Part shown: in pieces, positions 58,787-64,000 of the stretch
Numbering within the stretch: the stretch's first letter is position 1
How the letters are laid out: the number at the start of each line of letters is the position of its first letter
Source: Verrucomicrobiota bacterium
GTDB taxonomy: Bacteria; Verrucomicrobiota; Lentisphaeria; Lentisphaerales; Lentisphaeraceae
Assembly (NCBI GenBank): GCA_039798785.1
Contig: JBDKFG010000002.1
Coordinates: 1 to 64,000 of the forward strand
Length of the DNA stretch: 64,000 bases
Direction of reading: 5' to 3'
Position numbers and translations under genes: made by a program
The notes under the pieces: generated by a model
What the model saw: the letters and a program-made list of their open reading frames with translations, nothing else
Told to the model about the DNA's origin: nothing
The model's database searches: none

Positions 58787-59104
58787 TTACGCCCTAAACA
58801 GTTGGATGACGGCACAAAAGAGCATAGGAGCTGCCATGGAAATGGCGATCGTCATCGGCAAAGCCCAGACATCCACCATCCATGTCTTGTTATTTTTTTT
58901 TACCGTTCTGCGATCAACCGGGGACCAGTCCCAATAAATAAGGCAGAAAATCGCGGCAGCGAGCATGATGAGACCAGCGCGGACGTCCATCGGGATATGG
59001 GGCAAGGAAAAGATGGCAATCAAAAGGATGAAGAACTTTGGGAGATGCTTTCGAACCCGTTGGTTCGACAGCTCCAGGACTTCTTGGTGGGGGCGTTTTT
59101 TCAT
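58787..59104 (-). CDS. Small membrane protein
   Basis: Three hydrophobic segments; GGAGAG RBS. Confidence 0.55.
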   Translation of the reverse strand: MKKRPHQEVLELSNQRVRKHLPKFFILLIAIFSLPHIPMDVRAGLIMLAAAIFCLIYWDWSPVDRRTVKKNNKTWMVDVWALPMTIAISMAAPMLFCAVIQLFRA

Positions 59105-59249
59105 TTTCTGTACTCTCCTCTATGCACTGGTTTTTTTCTTGTTTTATGGCTCCAACTCAGATGGAGCCAGTATTAGTAGTTTAGCGGCGGCGCCCCGGAA
59201 GTCAAGAGTCACGCCAAAAAAATGGCTCCAGATTGATTGGTGCAGTAAT

Positions 59250-60227
59250 TTAGATTTTCTGGAATGCCGTTTCATCCCTCACATACCTGCAGCTCGGGAA
59301 GCCGGTGCAACCGAGGAAGGCTTGGCCGTCGCTCTTGCGCTTGCGCTCGACCAGGGGCTTGGAGCACTTCGGGCAGGAGTTGCTGTTATGGCGTTCCTGG
59401 AGAGACGCGAGGTGGATCTCGTGCGTCTGCTGGGTCTTGAAGAGGCCATTGGGCATGCGGCCTTCTTGGAGAGCTTGGGCCATCTGGGCGGCCTGCTCCG
59501 GTGTGAAGACCTCAGTCTGCTTGCTGCGGATGAAAGCGACATGCGGCATGGTGACCTGGGGCGGTAGTTCCTCGGCATTCTTGAGCGTGGCGTCGGGGCC
59601 GAAGTTGATCAGATTAAAAAGATTGGTGTCAATGTCTTCCTTGCTGAGGCCGTAGAATTCGATCAGGGCCATCAGGTGGCGGTAGTTTTGGCGGAGGGGA
59701 TTTTGAAAGCTGTTTTTGGTGCCGTTGGGGAAGGTCTGCGTCCACTGTGCTTGATCGGCCTTGCCGAAGATCCAGCCGGCCATGTTCTTGGTCTCAATGA
59801 CGAAAATGCCGAAGCGCGAGACGATGACATGGTCGATCTGGGTGGTGGAACCATCCTCCAGCTTGAGAGTGACATTGTTGAGCTGGTGATAGACCTTGCT
59901 GTCGAGAGCGACCTTGTGGATAGTGCTTGTTATGGCTTCGCCGATCGCGCCTTTGACGGCGGGCTTCTTCAGTTGGGCAAAGAACCAGCCAGCGAGAAGA
60001 ATCAGCCCCAGTAGCCAGGACATCGAAGAGAGCGCTGCAGCGAGGCTGCTGAAGATTCCCCCGGCGACGTTCGCCTTGTCCGCTGGCGGTGTGAAGATCG
60101 CCGGCAAGGCCCACTTGCAGAAGGCCGTGACGGCGGCGGCCAAGATGAGCCCCACCCACCAGGGCGTTTTGCGGCAAAGGTCGAAGTAGAGCGAGAGGAC
60201 GCTGTTGCGATCGGAGCGGCGGGCCAT
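59250..60227 (-). CDS. Membrane NERD protein with topoisomerase C4 zinc finger
   Basis: TM helices; GE; TTQIDHVIVSRFGIFVIETKN; NPLRQN; CPKC...FLGCTGFPSC. Confidence 0.92.
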   Translation of the reverse strand: MARRSDRNSVLSLYFDLCRKTPWWVGLILAAAVTAFCKWALPAIFTPPADKANVAGGIFSSLAAALSSMSWLLGLILLAGWFFAQLKKPAVKGAIGEAITSTIHKVALDSKVYHQLNNVTLKLEDGSTTQIDHVIVSRFGIFVIETKNMAGWIFGKADQAQWTQTFPNGTKNSFQNPLRQNYRHLMALIEFYGLSKEDIDTNLFNLINFGPDATLKNAEELPPQVTMPHVAFIRSKQTEVFTPEQAAQMAQALQEGRMPNGLFKTQQTHEIHLASLQERHNSNSCPKCSKPLVERKRKSDGQAFLGCTGFPSCRYVRDETAFQKI

Positions 60228-60265
60228 GGTTAATTTCCTTGGGTTGATGGTGAGCGGCGGCTAGA

Positions 60266-63200
60266 TCACGGGAAGACGATGTCGACCTGGACACCAGTCT
60301 GGATCAGCAGATCGCCTTGAGCGTTGTGGGCGTCATGCCAAAGGGTGAGCTGAATGCCGTCGTCGTTGACATATGGGATGCCCTTCGCGTAGCTGCCGCT
60401 GATGATTCGCACCTTGTCATTGCTCTGCCCGAGGATTTGCAAGGCATTGCCGCTTGCGCCGCCGCCGCCAAAGTCGAGGATGGCCACGGCATTGATCGTC
60501 AATTCCTGAGCTTGAGGATCAGAGAGGTCGATGACTTCGACGCTGGTGGGCGTTTCCGGATCGGGGGTGATATCTGCAAGGTTCAGGTAGGCACCAGCGA
60601 AATGCAGCTTGTCCTGACCGTCGCCGCCTTCAAGATACACATTGTCGACGGAGTCCAGCCAGATCGTGTCGTCACCGGGGCCGCCAAAGACATAGTCGAT
60701 GCCGTCATCGGGCACAGTAACTGGGTAGAGGAGGTCGTCCCCATAGCCGCCGGCAAGGACATTTGCTGCCTGGTTGCCGAATAGGTAGTCGTCGTAGGGA
60801 CTGCCGATGGCATTTTCAATCACGGCATCGTAGGCGATGCCGATGTTGCCATCCACAGCAACTGCCTCGGTCGCATTGCTCCAAATCGTGCTCAATCCAC
60901 CGGGACTGAGGTCAATCGAAATGCCGTAAGGAGCGTCACGGAGATCAATAGCATCGTGCCCGCCGTCATCAATTAGGGTCACGACCTTCGCCCCGAGCTG
61001 GTCGAAGGTGTAGGTGGTGTCGCCGGCGTTTTGGGGCGTGATGCCGTAAAGCTGTCGCAAGCGGGCGATGTCGTCCATCATGTAGCTCTCAGGGGAAATG
61101 CCACTGATTGCGCTGGCATCCTCGGCATCCGGAAAGCCGTTGTAGGACATCACGCTGTGGCGGACATCGTAATGAGGTGAATCCCCATCGTCGCTACCTC
61201 CTTCCGGGTAAGGGTGAGGCAAGCCGAGTGCGTGGCCGATTTCATGGATCAGCGACGCAGCCTCAAAGCTCCCTGCAGTCAAGGGCGTGTAGAGGTAATC
61301 AACATTGAACCAGATATCGCCGTTAGTTGTGAATCTCGATGCGTCCTTGCCTTTAGGGAAATAGGCGTAAGCGCCCGTATCCGCTTCGTGGATCATGGAG
61401 GCGAAGGTGAGCTGAGATTGCTGGACATCGACCGTCTCGGCGAAGCTCACCTTGAGAAACTGCGAGATGTTGTTGAGTATCTCGCGGGTGACGGCCTTCT
61501 GCGCCTCGGTGAAGGGAGTGAAGCCGTTGCGCTCGTTCGCATCCCCTGAGTAGTAGCTCGGCACAGATTGCAGGAAGGTGTAGCTGATGGTGATACCGTC
61601 GCTGGGGCTGCCATCAAACCACTGGCTGCTAGATCCAAGCGGGGTCAAAGCGGCGACATCGAACAGTGGCAGCGTCCAGCCGTTACTGGCGCCGTGGCTG
61701 TCCGTGATGGAGACATTGAGGGAATGATTGGGCGAATGGATAGCTTTGAAGGCGATCGAGCCAGCATTGACCTCGGCCTGGGTGAAACTGTTGACGGCTT
61801 TGCCGCTCTTGAGAAAAGTGCCGCCGTTACCTGACTCCCACGACCAGGTGTAGCGCAGCTGCGCGGGGCCGTCTTCGAGATCAGCGTCGGTCGCATGGAG
61901 CATGGAAGCATTGAGCTTCACCGTGGCGGCAGAATTGACCATCCAGGGCGCCCAGCTCAGCAGCGGAGAAGAGTTGTGGGCGCCAAAATCCAACTGCAGA
62001 GTTTGAGGCGCTGAACTCAAGGTGCCGTCACTGACGCTGAGCCGCAGCACCGGTGCGGCATTGGTACCATCGGAATGCACGAGGTAGATCTTGCCGGCGG
62101 CGAGATCGGCTTGGGTGAAGTTCGCAACCGCTTCGCCGGTATCGCGGCGCAGCTCACCGTGGGCAAGGGAAACGACCTTGAAAACCAATTGCGCAGTGGG
62201 CGTGATGTCGTCTCGGGCATCGAGGAAATCGGTGTTCAACTTGAGGTAGCCGCCTTCCTCCATGACCGCCTTACGATTGTAGAGATGGGGAGCAAGGTTC
62301 GTGGTCTGGAAGGCGAAGGGGAGCAAGGCTTCCGCGCTGCCTCCGGCCTCGTTCGTTACCTTCAGGGTCAGAGATGGAGCCACCTTGCTGCCGTCGTGGT
62401 GCAGCTTCACCAGCTTGGAGACGAGCTGTGAGTAGTCGAAGGTCATCGACTCCAGGCCATTGACGATCAGGGTCGCATGTTCAAGCCGCGTCAGGGTGAA
62501 GGTGAGCTGCTTGTCTATGGCGCTCAAGCCCAGAGACGCCGCACTGAGTACCAGCTCGCCCGACTCGCGAAGGGCGAGTGATTTTGGCGGCATCAACACG
62601 GGTGTTTCGATCCAATCGACCAGGCCGGCGACCTTCGCGCTTTTCAGACCGAAGCTATCGACAGCCTGGATGGTGAACGAGGGAGCTTTGCTGGCCTTGC
62701 TCAGTGCCGCGAAGCTGACGGCACCTGCCTCAACTTCCGCACCGGTGAAGGCGCTGGTCTTGCTGCCATTGAGGCGAAATTCTGCGGCATTGACGACAGC
62801 AGTGAAGGTTAGGTCCTCAAACCTGCCGCTGACATTGAAATCGCTGACAGCAAGGCGGTATTCTTCGGTGCCTTCTGCACTCACGTGAAGGCTGCTGAGC
62901 ACAGGGACGGGAGTGACTGAGGGTGCTGAAGCTTTCCATCTGAGCGGCACAACGATCTCTTGCGTCGGACTGGTCGGGTCGCTCAGCCGAAGGTGCAGCG
63001 CAGAAGCATGCCCGGCGTCGCTACTGCGGACATAGAGACTGGCCAGCTCAATGCCGTTGAAGCTTCCCTGCGTGAAGGAAATGAAGTTGGCGCCGCTTTT
63101 CTGTAGAATCACCAGGTTATCGGAGCTCGTGATTTCCAAGCTCAGTTCCGAGAGCGTGTTGTCTTCGTCCGTCAGCGAAAGAGCCGCACTGAGGGACACC

Positions 63201-63577
63201 GGTTTGGTCGAGCTGAGGGTAATGGCTTTGGTACGAGCCACAGGAGCATCGTTCGCCTGAGTAAAACTCATCACGGGACTGAAGGAGGCGGATTTCAGGT
63301 CGAAACTGTCAGCCAGCATGGCGGTGATCGATGGAGGCAAGAGCTTGCCATCATGCACGAAACTGATGGCGCCAGCGGCAACCTCATCCAAGCTGAAACT
63401 CTGCACTCTCACGCCTTGACGAAAGAAGGTGCCGCCGCTGACTTTCCCGAGGATGACCGTCAAGTTGGCATCGGGAAGCGCGTCTCCGGAGGTTTCAAAC
63501 ATCGAGCGAGTCAGCAGAATTGAGCTGCCTTCCCGCACGAGGCCAAGCTGAAATTGATTGAGGATGGGGGCGCTCAT
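60266..63577 (-). CDS. Serralysin-like M10 metalloprotease with N-terminal cadherin-like (CSPG) repeats and RTX-type C-terminus
   Basis: F.Q.EL.AG.I.F.HDG repeats; HEIGHALGLPH; SVMSY Met-turn; GG.GDD nonapeptides; no Sec signal. Confidence 0.88.
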   Translation of the reverse strand: MSAPILNQFQLGLVREGSSILLTRSMFETSGDALPDANLTVILGKVSGGTFFRQGVRVQSFSLDEVAAGAISFVHDGKLLPPSITAMLADSFDLKSASFSPVMSFTQANDAPVARTKAITLSSTKPVSLSAALSLTDEDNTLSELSLEITSSDNLVILQKSGANFISFTQGSFNGIELASLYVRSSDAGHASALHLRLSDPTSPTQEIVVPLRWKASAPSVTPVPVLSSLHVSAEGTEEYRLAVSDFNVSGRFEDLTFTAVVNAAEFRLNGSKTSAFTGAEVEAGAVSFAALSKASKAPSFTIQAVDSFGLKSAKVAGLVDWIETPVLMPPKSLALRESGELVLSAASLGLSAIDKQLTFTLTRLEHATLIVNGLESMTFDYSQLVSKLVKLHHDGSKVAPSLTLKVTNEAGGSAEALLPFAFQTTNLAPHLYNRKAVMEEGGYLKLNTDFLDARDDITPTAQLVFKVVSLAHGELRRDTGEAVANFTQADLAAGKIYLVHSDGTNAAPVLRLSVSDGTLSSAPQTLQLDFGAHNSSPLLSWAPWMVNSAATVKLNASMLHATDADLEDGPAQLRYTWSWESGNGGTFLKSGKAVNSFTQAEVNAGSIAFKAIHSPNHSLNVSITDSHGASNGWTLPLFDVAALTPLGSSSQWFDGSPSDGITISYTFLQSVPSYYSGDANERNGFTPFTEAQKAVTREILNNISQFLKVSFAETVDVQQSQLTFASMIHEADTGAYAYFPKGKDASRFTTNGDIWFNVDYLYTPLTAGSFEAASLIHEIGHALGLPHPYPEGGSDDGDSPHYDVRHSVMSYNGFPDAEDASAISGISPESYMMDDIARLRQLYGITPQNAGDTTYTFDQLGAKVVTLIDDGGHDAIDLRDAPYGISIDLSPGGLSTIWSNATEAVAVDGNIGIAYDAVIENAIGSPYDDYLFGNQAANVLAGGYGDDLLYPVTVPDDGIDYVFGGPGDDTIWLDSVDNVYLEGGDGQDKLHFAGAYLNLADITPDPETPTSVEVIDLSDPQAQELTINAVAILDFGGGGASGNALQILGQSNDKVRIISGSYAKGIPYVNDDGIQLTLWHDAHNAQGDLLIQTGVQVDIVFP

Positions 63578-63821
63578 CAGGCACGCGCCTGGGGTAACGG
63601 CGCTAGACCGAATGGTGATAGATTGAAATTCATCTTGATCTCCTGATACTTTGCAAGTTCACACTCTAGAGAATCCTGGCGAGAATGCGAGGTCTGTCAG
63701 GCCGGTTTAGTTGCGGGACTTGCCAAGCTCTACGGGATCTCTGAGGGTGCAGCGTCCTCCCTTGCTGAGCAGGATAGAGCCATGACTGTGATAATTCAGA
63801 GTCACATGTAGGAGGGGCGAG

Positions 63822-63890
63822 GCCCAACGTTCAAGGTAACCGGCCTTGCGCGGCTTTGTGCGCAAGGTCCGGTTGACCGCAGGGTTGGGC
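63822..63890 (-). other. Integron attC site (isolated in this window)
   Basis: Minus strand GCCCAAC...GTCAACCG...CCTTGCGC/GCGCAAGG...CGGTTAC...GTTGGGC: RYYYAAC/GTTRRRY cores, 69-bp imperfect palindrome with extrahelical bases. Confidence 0.8.
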
Positions 63891-64000
63891 ATCAAAGGAT
63901 TCCCCACGCAGAGAGCTTTTCTTGCCAAGCGGCAATGGAATCTTTTGCGACAGCCAAGCCGTCCAAGATGACTGTGCCATGCTTGATCTTGACGGACAAA

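Noticed and set aside
63707..63928. 73-aa ORF (PNPAVNRTLR...)
   Set aside because: Translation of the attC palindrome rather than a real gene

Overview
Accessory-rich 64-kb bacterial window. A PVC-superphylum (Lentisphaerota/Verrucomicrobiota-like) host is inferred from gene content only. (1) 1-5.9 kb: co-directional small genes typical of an ICE/plasmid early region (solo Cas4/AddB-like PD-(D/E)XK nuclease, DUF2787, RadC/JAB), punctuated by hairpin+T elements. (2) 6-24.8 kb: a Sec-signal Rhs polymorphic-toxin locus with no T6SS/CdiB genes. It runs PA14/lectin/TSP3 protein, HEAT protein, 3597-aa Ig-rich Rhs with a low-GC C-terminal nuclease resembling the CdiA-CT E479 tRNase, and immunity gene, plus a convergent DUF1573-rhodanese protein. 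(3) 25-27.5 kb: two tandem proteins built almost entirely of ~44-aa HTH-like repeats (9 and 8 units) with variable recognition helices. (4) 28-39.6 kb: NERD, DUF3892, Abi-like membrane cargo and a satellite-like module (two AAA_25, two YagK/inovirus-Gp2, excisionase), with no integrase in view. (5) 40-42.4 kb: PilT/U ATPase, caspase-like lipoprotein, tRNA-Leu(TAG). (6) 42.8-60.2 kb: a type I R-M operon packed with translationally coupled cargo: HigBA-ImmA, AAA+DUF3226, an AbiTii pair sharing an amyloid-like motif, and a Ser/Thr kinase + unknown 403-aa protein + PD-(D/E)XK triad. (7) 60.3-64 kb: cadherin-repeat serralysin-like protease and an isolated attC site. All family assignments are by motif recognition; no searches were run.
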